Assembly (NCBI GenBank): GCA_964019425.1
Contig: OZ025793.1
Span: 372,001-436,000 of the forward strand
Source of the DNA: Flectonema sp. DT1601
Lineage: Eukaryota
DNA: 64,000 nucleotides
Direction: 5' to 3'
Under the pieces are notes generated by a model, which saw nothing but the letters and a program-made list of their open reading frames with translations, was not told the origin of the DNA and made no database searches. Each line of letters starts with the position of its first letter. The first letter of the stretch is position 1. The translations under genes were made by a program, and so were the position numbers. This document shows, in pieces, positions 33,838 through 46,600 of this stretch.

Positions 33838-35628
33838 ATGAGCGATAACAACATGTGGTCAGAACAGGGAAAGGGCACTTCAAAGAAGGGAATTGATATT
33901 GAAAAAAACAGAGAAAAAAGAGGTGATCAACAAGCTACACTAAGAAGACACAAAAGACAAGAAAATCTCGAGAAAAAAAGGAGAGAGACCGATGACGTTA
34001 GTGAAATAGAACCAGATTTAGCTGACCTTCCGAGATGGAAGGATCAGTTATTCTCAAATGAGTATGAGAAGATACTGGAAGCCACAACTTGGATACGAAG
34101 ATACTTAGCGCTTGAAGACAACCCTCCGATTGATGATATTTCAGCCAATCCGAGCATTATTCGAAGACTGGTCGAATTTCTGACACTAAACGAACCAGCA
34201 CTCCAATTCGAAGCTGCCTGGTCACTCACAAATATCGCTTCCGGAACCGCAGAAAATACTCTGGCAGTTGTAAAAGCCAACGGGATTGAGGCATTCGCGA
34301 AGCTTCTCCTTTCTGACGAACCCCATATCGTAGAGCAAGCAATTTGGGCACTTGGTAATATTGTTGGTGAGGAAACCTGTAATCGTGATCAAGCTTTGAA
34401 ATTAGGGGTTCTACCCAGAGTGATATCTGTAATTATGAATAAACCATCTGTTTCTGTGCTAAGAAATGCAACTTGGACATTATCTAATTTATGCAGAGGT
34501 AAGCCTATCCCAAATGATGGTATTCATCCTGTGGTACAAGTGTTAACTCAGCATATTATTCCAAAATTTGATACTGATGATAAAGTTCTTGTTGATGCGT
34601 GTTGGGCGTTGTCTTACATAACTGATGGACCAAACTATCGAATACAATGGGTCCTTGATAGTGGTATTGTCGCACAAATAGTTGAACTTCTCCCTCGTAT
34701 TGGAACTCCTGCATTGCGAACACTCGGAAATATCGTAACAGGAACCAATAGTCAAACACAAGCAGTAGTTGATGCTAGAATACTTCCAAAACTTCATTAC
34801 CTTATTCAACATTATGGTTCTAATGTCAGACGTGAAGTCTGTTGGTGTATATCAAATATAACTGCCGGTAGTATCACTCAAATACAGGAAGTAATTAAAG
34901 TTGGATTAATAATGCCAATTATTGCACAACTCACCAACTCTACAGTTGATGTTCGCAAGGAAGCCGGCTGGGTAATTACCAACGCCTGTCACAACGGTAC
35001 TGCTGAACAGGTAAAATATATTGTAGGTGAGGGTGCGATCCCTGCCTTAGTTTCGTTGTTAATGCTTCAGGAAGTGAGAGTTTGTTATTTTTGTCCCCCC
35101 CCCTTTTTTTTTCGCAAGCGACTATTCACAATTAAACATATCAACTAAAACAGGCATCAACTATTGCTCTTGAAGGGATAACAAGTATCTTAAAGGTAGG
35201 CGAAGCAACCAGAGATAGAACGGGTGCGGTATGTCTTTACCTGTGTTGTACAATAATCTCAATTCCCATCAAGCCATTGTCCAATCTATTTTACACCAAA
35301 CAGCGCTATAACGAATACGCACAAGCCACAGAGACCTGCGGTGGACAAGAGTACATAGAAGCATTATTGAATTCAAGAGATGAGAAACTAAAACTGTTTG
35401 CAGCAAAGATCATGCGGACGGTATGTATTACGAAGATTCTCGAGAAAGGGGAAATACGTCAAAAAGTGACCAGTATTCCCCCCCCCTTTTTTTTTTTTTG
35501 CACGAGTTGCAGCAAAAAATAAAACACCAAAACAGTACTTTGATGAAGAACCAGTCAACGATTATCCAATAACAAGTCATGGAATACAAAGAGATCTGCA
35601 AGCACCTCCAGGTGGGTACAACTGTTAG
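33838..35628 (+). CDS. Importin alpha paralog 2; exons 33838-35079, 35154-35228, 35304-35420, 35536-35628
   Basis: Same ARM motifs and same three intron positions as paralog 1. The ORF-track extension upstream of 33838 is homopolymer-derived. Confidence 0.92.
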
Positions 35629-36693
35629 ATAAATAATCAGCTCTCAGTAGTTGCTATTACTTGTCTGCTGATGTTCATATGGACTGTTGCTGTTGATGTG
35701 ATGATCAACTTTGATTCACAATCCCTGTAATGGGTTTCCACATTGGCTCTGTAGACGGCTGCTGAGCCGTTGCCTACAAACATGATTTGACTTCTCGGTT
35801 TAGTGAGGGATATAATTTCGTTCCTATTTCTTTTTCAGCCTTCTTATTTATGTTAGATCACTATTTTTGGTTATTATGACCGATTTCAGGGGAAGGGTAA
35901 AACCAATGCCTACCTTGTGCGTGATATACTTTTAGTATTGTATTCCAGTCTGTGATTATGCCAGAGAAAGAGAAGAAGAACAAAAAAAAAAGAAAAAAAA
36001 AGTTTTTATGAGTTAATTATTTCGGTATCTATCCCTACCAATGTCTCGATTTCTTCCCGTTCCCCCCCCTCTCCCTTTTATCACTTATTAGAATATTAAA
36101 GTTTGAGTTGTTTTCGTTTCCTTCCCATTCAAAATTAAATTAATCAATATGAAACTAATAGAGCATTTCTGAAACCTGGCTTTCATAGAGTCCCAGTTAA
36201 TTACGTTAGGTAATGGTATGATAGGACTGGTTTTTTATAAACGAAGAAAAAAAAAAAAAAAAAAAAGAAATTAAACCGCAACTACGTACCCTCTCAGCAT
36301 TTTATTGCTGCATAAGAGACTACGTCTCAAGTTTCTGAGATGTGTCATAAAGATGTCGTTCGCTGTAGATGTTTTATAAAAAAAAAAAAAAAAATTGTTT
36401 TCTTAAAACAAAACTGAAATGTTAATGAGTGGGATGGAGGAAAAACAAAACAAAACAAAAAAAGTTTTTTTTTTTTAAAGCAAAGAGAGACATTTCGTTA
36501 ATGGTACGGGTGGGAGAGCTACTCTTAGCGTAATCTACTCAACTCGTATTCTGCAGTACTCGTTTGAAAATAATAGTCAGATTACTTTATATTCAAAATC
36601 TCCAGCCAACGTATCAATGAGGAACGATAGTTGATTTGAATTTAGTTCAGACATGTTTTACCTTAAGTTCCTTCCTCAGTACCACATAAGACA

Positions 36694-39600
36694 ATGCGGG
36701 GGGTCTTGCTGTTGACTGTATTGGTTACCTATGCGGGATTGGTGAATAGTTTAGAACAACCTCCTGAATATCCATTAGATGAGTACAACACGTCAATGTG
36801 TGAGGCGGGTGAATCGTATTCTTCTGCAACGATGACATTCTACGAGCAAACTTGTCCAACTTATGTTACGGATAAAAAATCAAATTTCTGCTATTGTTAT
36901 TTATCAATTTATGATGAAATGAGTCAGCAGCATGCTCACGATACCGTACCTTATATAATAATTACGATATTCTCGTCATTCGCTATCGGATCAGCAATTA
37001 GACATCTGTTGAATACTTTTGAGATTAGATTTCCATATACGGTAATTCTGTTTATCGTCGGTCTTATTTGGGGAGGTCTTTCCAACTGGGCAGCTCTTGG
37101 TCTGGAGCAGTCTGCCGCGATAAGTCAGATGAATCCGCATTTGATTTTTCATATATTTTTGCCTGTTCTGATTTTTGAATCAGCCTTTGCAATGGAAATT
37201 CCAGTTTTCAAAAAAGTAATTGGACACTGCATCATCCTCGCAGGTCCAGGTCTGATGATAGCTTCTGCGCTAACCGCTGTTACAGCAAAACTATGTTTCA
37301 CTAGATACCCCTGGTCATGGGAAGCATGCCTTTTATTTGGTACAATCTTAAGCGCGACAGATCCAGTTGCTGTTGTTGCCCTACTCAAAGATTTAGGAGC
37401 CAGTCCTATCATCAGTACACTTATTGAGGGTGAATCGTTATTCAATGATGGAACCGCAATCGTTTTTTTCACCGTTTTTCAAGAAGCAGTTGAAATGGGA
37501 GGTTTTAACAAAGGTGCTGGAACCGTTTTTATACAATTCATCTTAGTGGCATTCGGAGGTCCGTTAGTCGGCTTAGTCATCGGGATCATCACTGTAGCAT
37601 CACTTAATAGAGTATTCAATGATCCTCTTATTGAAGTTACTTTGACAATTGTAGCAGCATATGTGACGTTTTTTGTATGTGAAGGGTTTTTTAAAGTCTC
37701 GGGGGTACTTGGCGTTGTTACATGTGGTTGTTTTTTGTCCTACTACCGCCATTGTATATCACCTGAAGTCGTTCATACGCTACATCATTTTTGGGAAATG
37801 ACTGTTTATTTGACAAACACATTAATATTCATCCTTGCGGGAATGATCGTCGCATTAAAGTCATTCAAAACAGTAGATGAGTACGACGTGTTGTATTTGT
37901 TATTCACATACTTAGCTATTAACATCATCAGGGCAGTTGTTTTACTTTTATTTCATTATCTTTGTTTTAAACCGTTTAAGTTCAAGTATCAACTAGACAC
38001 AGGCAATCGATTTTTAGTTGCGTGGGGAGGATTAAGAGGAGCAGTTGGATTAGCATTGGCTTTATTGATATTTGAAAATGATAAGATCAGAACAGTGGCG
38101 CCATCAGTAGCGGACAAGATCTTGTTTCACACAGCTGGGATTGTAATGTTAACGTTGTGCGTTAATGGTGTCAGTACTCAAAAAGTAGTATCGTTTTTTA
38201 AATTGAATGAAGTGGAATATCGAAAAAGAAAGCGAATTCACGATATATGGTGCAATCTAAAAAAAGAACAAAACGAGGACTACAGCGACCTCGGAGCAGA
38301 GCCAATGATGTACGACGCCGACTGGAAAAGCGTTCGCCGACTAAGCGACTTGTCGACAACTATTCCAGACAGTCACGAAGATCCTTATAATCAAAAAGGA
38401 TGGTACTCAAAGAGAGATCTCGATGACGATGATGAAGCAGTCAAAAGAAAAGAACGGGAAGAAGGAAAAGCAGCATACCTGAATACAATCAGCGCTTCAG
38501 CAACAACTCAATATAAATTGGGAACACTACGAAGACAAGGAATTAGAGAAATGACGAAGATGATTGTCAGATCTCGAGAAATCACCAGCATTGATGACCC
38601 TCCTTATGAAGACTCTTCCTTTGCTAATATGATGAACATCGATTCTGATGAAGAGAATATGAGTCCAACATCTAAAGCTCGTAGTCGTCAACCTAAAAGA
38701 TGGACTGACACCTCACTAATTCAAACCGAATGGATAAATGATTTATTCACAAGAGCTGAATGGGAGAAACGAATCAATTTCAATGCTTATATTGATGAAT
38801 GGCTACTTCGTTGGAGATGGCAAAACGCTGTCGATATGGCACTCGGATTTATTCAATGTCATGAAGTGTGTCGGAAGAAAATTAGAAACTTAGCAGAGAG
38901 GGAAGTCGCAAACCAAATAGACACTCACTGCAAGGTGACAATAAAAGGCATTGTGACACTACTTGCGAAAGCGGCAAAAGAGAGACCAGATATTTCCTGT
39001 TCTTTAAAAACAAGATCAGCGTGTAGAAAGATTCTAAACACAATGCATACCGACGTCGTTCATATGCAACGTGATGGTCGATTGGACCAAGAAGACGCAG
39101 CAGCTCTCAACAGCATGATATTTAATCAAATGAAGAAAGTTCAACATAGCTTTAAGAGAACATTGCCGAGCGCTTCAGCGTCTAATGTGTTGGAGTCGAT
39201 GTCTTTTTTTGATCAGTCGAATCGTAAAACCCGAAATCGGTTGTTAGACGTCGCCCGTGATGGTTCAAACACTCTCAAGTTTCAAAGAAATAGAAAATTA
39301 TATGGAGAGAGAGTCAGTAAATCTGATTTAATATTAGTAATCTCAGGAGTTATCCAAGTTAGAGTTGGGAGGAAAGTATTCCGTTATGGTTCTGGTTACA
39401 CTTGCGGTTGGCAAATGTGTCTCACTGGGAATGATCGATTTTCAGACGTTTGGTCAGAATCCGCAGTAACAGTTCTTCAAATACCTGACAAGATAATAAA
39501 TCAACTCATGTCTGAGGATAAATCCTTTCAACGTGAAGTATGGAGATGTCTTGGTGAGTCTGCTGCTAGAATTCTAATCGCCTTGGATGACAGTTTCGAT

Positions 39601-40713
39601 CCACGTGTTTGGGACGATGTAAAAATCCGAAAAGTTGCCGAAACCGGCAGACCAATCTTCCTCCAAGACCCGATGGGGTACGACTTCCACGACTTACAAC
39701 AACATCGACTAACACCAGATACCTATCTTTGTTTACTAAGAGGTAAAGCATGGGAATATGGTGATGAGAGAGACCATATTGGAGGCTCACTATGTAGATT
39801 CCCAACTATGATCCCGGCAGAGTTTAAATTCGCTACATTCACAAACCATGCTGTGATGTATGAAATGGACGTAGAGCTAAATGGTGTAGTTCGGGCACGT
39901 AGGCTCTGGGGACGTGTAATTTGGTGGGTGAAAGCTGTTCGCTTATGGTCCGCACTGAGAGGTCGAAAAATCGCAAAAGCGAGTTTAGCACTTGCCTTGA
40001 ACAGACCTCTTCCTCCAGACTTAGAGAATGATCCTGAAATGATAAGAGAGAGATCAGAAGCAAAGAGACAGGAAGTTGTAAATCAAAGTACTGCTGACAG
40101 ATTGAGTTTTGATCATATGGTTCCCACTGAACCTAATGATCTCATGGAAAGGGAACCAGTACTCACTTCAATAGTCAGAGATCCTCCAGCTCTTGATCCA
40201 CTTATTGCTGAGGTAGAAGAATTCATGAATAAACAACCTCGTAAGAGTGGACATTCAAACTTTTCAAATGTCATGGGATTGGCTCCACCAAGACAGCCTC
40301 CTCCTCCATCATCACCTCCACGTTCCCCGACGTTGTTTGGGAATGCGGTGTCATCACCAGGATTGAGTTATGGTGTGCAGTCGTCACCTATTACAACATT
40401 CACACCTTTGCAATACCCAACCTCAACAGTTTTTAAAACTGATTCGATAAAAGGAAATTCTACCAGTTGTCCTCTTGAAGCAGCTTTATCGAAGAAAGCC
40501 GTTCAAAATGTACTTCTTCCTCCTCCTCCAAACTTTTCTCGTCTTCTCGATGAACTCGACGATGAAGATGAGAACCTTCCATCCTTTCCTCAACCTCCGA
40601 TTCTAAGTTCGGATAGTTTGAAGGTAGGCCATGAAATCAAAGTACCTGGTGATCGGAAGTCTCTTTTGTTACCACCCAATTACAAAAAAGAAACTTCTGA
40701 TTATTTATTGTAG
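36694..40713 (+). CDS. CPA1 Na+/H+ exchanger, SOS1/SLC9C-like, with signal peptide and probable cyclic-nucleotide-binding-like domain
   Basis: FLPVLIFESA, ILSATDPVAV, IEGESLFNDGTA, WGGLRGAV. Long cytosolic tail with an LILVISGVIQV...G..G beta-roll-like segment. Confidence 0.92.
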   Translation: MRGVLLLTVLVTYAGLVNSLEQPPEYPLDEYNTSMCEAGESYSSATMTFYEQTCPTYVTDKKSNFCYCYLSIYDEMSQQHAHDTVPYIIITIFSSFAIGSAIRHLLNTFEIRFPYTVILFIVGLIWGGLSNWAALGLEQSAAISQMNPHLIFHIFLPVLIFESAFAMEIPVFKKVIGHCIILAGPGLMIASALTAVTAKLCFTRYPWSWEACLLFGTILSATDPVAVVALLKDLGASPIISTLIEGESLFNDGTAIVFFTVFQEAVEMGGFNKGAGTVFIQFILVAFGGPLVGLVIGIITVASLNRVFNDPLIEVTLTIVAAYVTFFVCEGFFKVSGVLGVVTCGCFLSYYRHCISPEVVHTLHHFWEMTVYLTNTLIFILAGMIVALKSFKTVDEYDVLYLLFTYLAINIIRAVVLLLFHYLCFKPFKFKYQLDTGNRFLVAWGGLRGAVGLALALLIFENDKIRTVAPSVADKILFHTAGIVMLTLCVNGVSTQKVVSFFKLNEVEYRKRKRIHDIWCNLKKEQNEDYSDLGAEPMMYDADWKSVRRLSDLSTTIPDSHEDPYNQKGWYSKRDLDDDDEAVKRKEREEGKAAYLNTISASATTQYKLGTLRRQGIREMTKMIVRSREITSIDDPPYEDSSFANMMNIDSDEENMSPTSKARSRQPKRWTDTSLIQTEWINDLFTRAEWEKRINFNAYIDEWLLRWRWQNAVDMALGFIQCHEVCRKKIRNLAEREVANQIDTHCKVTIKGIVTLLAKAAKERPDISCSLKTRSACRKILNTMHTDVVHMQRDGRLDQEDAAALNSMIFNQMKKVQHSFKRTLPSASASNVLESMSFFDQSNRKTRNRLLDVARDGSNTLKFQRNRKLYGERVSKSDLILVISGVIQVRVGRKVFRYGSGYTCGWQMCLTGNDRFSDVWSESAVTVLQIPDKIINQLMSEDKSFQREVWRCLGESAARILIALDDSFDPRVWDDVKIRKVAETGRPIFLQDPMGYDFHDLQQHRLTPDTYLCLLRGKAWEYGDERDHIGGSLCRFPTMIPAEFKFATFTNHAVMYEMDVELNGVVRARRLWGRVIWWVKAVRLWSALRGRKIAKASLALALNRPLPPDLENDPEMIRERSEAKRQEVVNQSTADRLSFDHMVPTEPNDLMEREPVLTSIVRDPPALDPLIAEVEEFMNKQPRKSGHSNFSNVMGLAPPRQPPPPSSPPRSPTLFGNAVSSPGLSYGVQSSPITTFTPLQYPTSTVFKTDSIKGNSTSCPLEAALSKKAVQNVLLPPPPNFSRLLDELDDEDENLPSFPQPPILSSDSLKVGHEIKVPGDRKSLLLPPNYKKETSDYLL

Positions 40714-43117
40714 TTAAAAATATATAAAAAAAAAAAAAATATATATATAACTCTGTAACAATAATTTTTTTTTTATTTTTTTTTTTTTTGTTAAGTATAA
40801 CTCGTTTAGAAGACTGTAGCAATAAACTGGCCGGACTGATTATCTTGTCTTCCGCAGTATTATTAAACATGTTATTTATTGGATTATTTAAAGAAAATAT
40901 TTTTCTTTTCAAGCAGGGGAATTAGACCTGTTTTGCAAAGTGAAATCCAGAGTCTAATTTACTTTCATCGAACTGATTCTGTTTTTTTTTGTGGATATCT
41001 ATGCCGCAAGACAGATTAAAAAAAGCTTTTTATCTATCAGTGAAGCAAGTTATTCATGCGTTCTTTTACTGGGGTGTGTGTTAATGTGAGGTTAAGAAGT
41101 TGTATTTGTTTGTAGACTTTTTTTTTTTTTTTTTTTTCCAATAGAAAAACGTTAGCTTTTCACGACATGTACCAAGAGGTTAATTATAAAACGACCAGTT
41201 CATCCCCAATGGGTTTACTGCGGGAAAAGTAATATTATGGTTTCCGATTTTTTTTTAAATTTTTTTAATTTTTTTTTATTTTCCTATTATTTTTGTTTAG
41301 TTTTATACAAAAGAAAGTTCGTACCCTGTAACGGCTCCCGAATTCCTAATGTTCGATAGCGCATATGGAATTTTATTGATACCAACCTGTTGGTCTTTTT
41401 TACATTGCAACCAGGTTTGGCCTGAACCTTTATATTTAATTATATTATTAAGTTAGTAGTGGCGACTGACATGACCTTTAGTCAGCTGTGTGTCATAGCT
41501 AATGTTTTATTTTTTAGTTAACTCTGGTGCAATGCAGATATTTATATTTCTTCATGAATATATTTAAATATTTCAACCCACTCCTATGGCATGCGGTCTC
41601 CCAGCAGTTCAGTCAAAATATTTATCCAATCGTGGCATACATTTGTAAAAAGAGAATTCATCGTTTTTTACTTTTATTTTTATTATTGTTTTCCTCAGGT
41701 TCTGATGCCTGCCTCTCGAATAACACCACCGATATGGAAATTGTTTTGATTTTTTCTTGAGAAAAAAATACTAATTTTTCTCCCTTTCTATTTAATAGTA
41801 TCAAAGTAAGTAGTTATCCCCCGAAAAAAACCATTCAGATTAGCCTTATATTTCGTTGAACGCAGACAGAATCCTGTCGCACGGCGGGGGGAAAATAAAT
41901 AATGAGTATAAGAAATAACGGCTTTCAATCTGAATAGTTTCTTCACTGACTACGTCGATTCGATATTAAAAAAAAAAAATAAAAAAAAAAAATAGAGGCT
42001 GTGCTACGCGATGACTGAGTCTGATGCTGCAGTAAAAATAGAATATGTCTGTAAGTTTATTTGTTACTTTATTTCTGTCACACTATTTTTTTTTAAAAAA
42101 AAAAACTTATTTATTAAACTGGTTGGTTGTCTTGCTTCCTAAAAGTGTTGCTGCTACTGTAGAGGTAATGTTATTGCTATTTATGAATTTCACTTTTTTT
42201 TCTTTCTCTCTTGGTACCCGCAAATATTTTTTTTGCAGAAAACGGGTAATCATAACAGCGTACGACGTCTATTCCTTTGTTAGGACTTTGTACCGACTTT
42301 GTGTGTACAAAAAACAAAACAAAAAAGTGTGAGTAAAACAATTCTATTTAAATTAATGAATTTATTGGTTCTTTTGAGGCTCTCGTTTACCCGATCTTTT
42401 GATTGAGGCATTGGGTGGTTCAGTGTGATTCTAATTCTAAATTCCGATTTCATTTCCCCCCCCCTTTTTTTTTTCTCCCGTTTTTTTATTTAGACGCGTA
42501 TTGTTATGAGAGGATTATTCTGACATCACTTTTAAAAAAAAAAAAAATGGTTGCAAGTCCAACTGTTTGCTGAAAATCGCGTTCTGCAGCAAATCATTGC
42601 AGCGGGACTAACGGGGGGGAATGAAGAAGGGAAAAATTGTGAAAAAAAAAAAAAAAAAAGAACAACAACAAAAAAGAGTGAATGAACTGTCTTTCCTCCG
42701 CAGCGTATTTCCTTTCAAGAAGAAACAATGCAAAAATCCTGTGGGTTTATAAAGAAAATAAATTACGAAAATAAAAAATCTATAAATTACCTTATTAAAT
42801 TACCTCCACCGGATCGCATTTACTTGCGAGCCCTGCTGTTTGTAAACGGTTTTTATTTTTTTATTTTTATCTAAAACGGTACTGACCACCGCACCCCAGA
42901 CTTTTTTTGTGTTGTTATTCAAGCCGTTGAACACCTAAATGTGTGAGTGAGTTTTGACTGAGTGATTGGCTTTCATTTTACTTTTTCCCCACTTAGTTAC
43001 GGTAACATAGACAAGTGGCGCTTAACACTGTTCACGTGGCCTCCAGTCATTTGCTACGCTGCTGCTGACAGTCGAGGTTGTCAGAGAAATTATTGTTCCT
43101 TTTGAGATTAAGAAACC

Positions 43118-43310
43118 GGTATCAAAATTACCCCCCCTTGGATTGGTTTATGATGCAATACATTTGTACTTTACGTACAAACTCGAACAGTTAACCCCCC
43201 CTTGGATTATACTAACATTATTTTGGTTCCTTGGCTCTGATCCAATACGGAGATTTATATTCGTATGAACCTAATCAAACAGTCTTCCCCCCCCCTTGGA
43301 TTATACTAAT
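43118..43310 (+). repeat. Dispersed intergenic repeat family; other copies at about 61608-61645 and 61965-62172
   Basis: CAATACATTTGTA.TTTACGTACAAACTCGAACAGTTAACCCCCC and TATCAAA(A)TTACCCCC are shared. Confidence 0.75.
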
Positions 43311-43623
43311 ATTTTAGTTATGTACGAGTGTAATCCGTCTAATCTTTTGCATTTGTATTCTATTCTAAAAAAAAATAAAAGCTCAATATTTTATCTTCGG
43401 TATTATATTTCTACATTATCACAACTATAACCACTTTTTAAACTTATTTCAGGTATAAAAAAATTAGTATATTGGATCCGCCTGACAAAAAAAAAAAAAA
43501 AAAAATTAAATTGAAAAAACGTTTACAAAAAAGTAAACTTTTTTAAAATTACCAGTTCGATTCAAATATATTACATAAAGGAGAGAAGGGGGGAAAAAAA
43601 AAAAAAAAAAAAATGTTGAAAAT

Positions 43624-46600
43624 ATGACTCTCGAAGTAGCATCTAATGGAAAACGATATGAATCACTGATATTATTGCAGACAGTGTTATCAAGTTGTAA
43701 AGACAACCAAAGCTTGACTGCGATTGATGTGCTTTTAAAAGCAACAGTTAATGATATCAACACGTTCAGTAGTCTGGAAATACTTCAACTTGCCTCATCA
43801 GGTTGCTATGATCTAACTGCCGTAAACACTCTGCTTTCGATAACATCATCACCACCATGTAATTCTAATTATAATAATGAATACCTTTATTGTTTGGAAA
43901 TTCTTAGAACTGTTGTGGCGGAGGGTTGCTCTGATTTGACTGCTGTGATCTCTCTTCTATCATCTTACGACCATTTACCACACTTGGGTATCCTTCAATC
44001 AATTGTTGAAGCTGAATGTCTTAATTTGAGTGGAGTTAATTCGCTGTTGGAATTCGTAAAACATCAGCAGTCTCAACCAAATGGTAACGTAAGTCGTCTT
44101 GTTAACACTTATGAAACTGGTGGTCCAAAACAACAATTGGATTCACGAAAAATTATCAAAACTACAGAGTCGGTTTCCAAACTTCGCAACGTGTATGAAC
44201 CAGCAGCTGTGTCACAGCATTCTGAACCAGTTTTGGTTTCTTTGAATAGCGGTTGGTTGGAGAAAACTGACGAAGATAACAAAAAATATCGTCTCTGGAA
44301 TTCCATACTCGCGGAGTATTCCGATAGAAGGTATTTGGAGTTCGTTTCTAATTCCGTTTTAAATAAAAGTTTTGATTTTTTAGATAAGTTGTCCTACCTC
44401 AGCAGAAGTAGTCTAACGAGCTCAAATAAAATGCGACGAAATTCTTCTCGAAGGAAGTCTGTCAGTATAAAAAATCCAACAGAAGAAGATTATGCCACAA
44501 CTGATGCGCGAGACGGTCTAAAAGATGGTCTTCACGGAGTGTGGGATTCTTTAATAAAACAACACGTTGGTGATGTTAGTGAGTTGTCATACCTGGCGTT
44601 TGTGTCTCAAGAAACCAGCTTATTAAAACAAATGAGTGAGATATCAATTGCTCAACCTCAACAGTCAGTTGGTGCCGTTGAAATGAATCTTATTAAGAAA
44701 TCTATCGAAGATGAGTATTCTGTTGATGTTGATTTTAAATTCCTCAACTTCATTGCGAGATGTCTGCCGTCGGATGATAGTATCCTTCGAAGAACAGCCG
44801 ATAGGTATTCAGTTAGAGGTGATGAAGAACTTCTATTCGCAATTAGAATTCTTTCTCAAACACCACCTCAGAATTATAATAATCTCTCATCACTCGCTGA
44901 TTCTCTTGAGAAGGGAAGTGGCATTGACCAGGTTCTAACTACTCCTGGGATGGACTTCAATCTACTTTCAGCATTAAACATCCTCTGTGAAACTGACGCT
45001 CGCACAAAACTCGAAAACCGATGCATCACAACACTTCAACGAATGGGAGCTGCTTGCAACAGCAGATCATTTCTTAGAATGCATCATTCAGCAAAAACAA
45101 TCCAACGTTTTGTTAGATATCGGCATTCTAAACAAAGACATTCAGTGATGAAACTTTATAAAACAGTACTGAAAGCAACTCAAAAGTTAAAGGCATTATT
45201 ACATGGTAGAACTACCCGTCAGGCAATCCAACATCGTCATACTGCTGCAGTTATTATACAAAACAGATGGAGAGTTTGTGGTCCACGAATTGCTTTTGTC
45301 AGATACATTAACAGAAGGAAATACGCAGCTCTGCAGATTCAAAAGAATTATCGAAGATATTCAGCTCAACTACGAGTTCAGAAATTAATATCTCACAGGA
45401 GTCGACTTGTAGGCAAAGCTCTAGTAATTCAGAGAATTTACAGAGGGTTTGCCTCCCGTAAGAGAATCAAAGAATTGACCTCGTCAGCCGCAAAAATCCA
45501 AAAGATTTTCAAAGGACACGCCGTCAGAGAAGCAAACAAAACTGCGGCAATTCACAGAAAAGCATCGACTTCAATTCAAAAGTGGTGGAGGACCGTCTAC
45601 TTGAAATATAAAAATACCAGTTCCACTCAAATACAGAGGGTATGGCGCGGATCAAAACAACGATCTATCAATAAAGTTATAAAGTTGGCGGTTCTAACAA
45701 TTCAACGAGCTGTTCGTACTCTCGCATCGATGAATTTAATGTACAACATGTTATTTATTGTTAAGACTGATAAGGCGACTTTAATCCAAGCATGCGTCCG
45801 ACGTCATATTGTCAGACGGAACATACGAAGACGATATTGTGCGGCTCGTAAAATTCAAGATGTGGTGAGACGGTTTGTTAAGAGAAAGAAGATCTCTTCA
45901 GCTATTCTGATTCAAAAAACCTTTCGAAGTTACGTTGAGAGAAATGCAACTCACTCGAAAAGAGCGAATCTTCGAATGACGAAACAAGAAATCCGACAAC
46001 AAGAATCTATTCTGTTGGTTCAGAAATGGTTTCGAGGAGCAAAATCTCGTCGAATTCTAAATCAGCAACAGGAAGCCGCGCGAACAATTCAAAGATGTAC
46101 TCGAATGCATCAAGCTGGTCTTAACACACATGTTAAAAGAGTTATTTTCAATTTATCAGCTGGACTGATTCAGGCCTGTTGGAGAGCACGACCTGATCGA
46201 ATGATGATACAGTCTTGGAAGCGTGCTGCTGTTACAATCCAAAAAGTCACGAGGTCGCACCTCGCAAGACAGCACATCCTTCGGAAAAGAGACGCCGCAT
46301 ATGTTATTCAAATCCAGTACCGTTATTTTAGAATTGTTCGAAATCGACAATTAGCTTTCGCCAGTATCGAACATGATCAGCAACAGCAGGCATCCATTTG
46401 CATCCAAACTGGAATCAGAGGTTTCTTAGCTAGAAAGACTAAAGCTTATAAGAATTGTGAAAAACAAGAGGAAACGAAATTGGAAATCGAAAAAATGAGA
46501 CACAGAGAGAGGTGTGCAGCAGCCACAACAATCCAGTCTCACTGGAGAGGCTACTCAGTAAGAGTTTGGTATGAAGGAAGACAGACTGGATTAGGTGATC

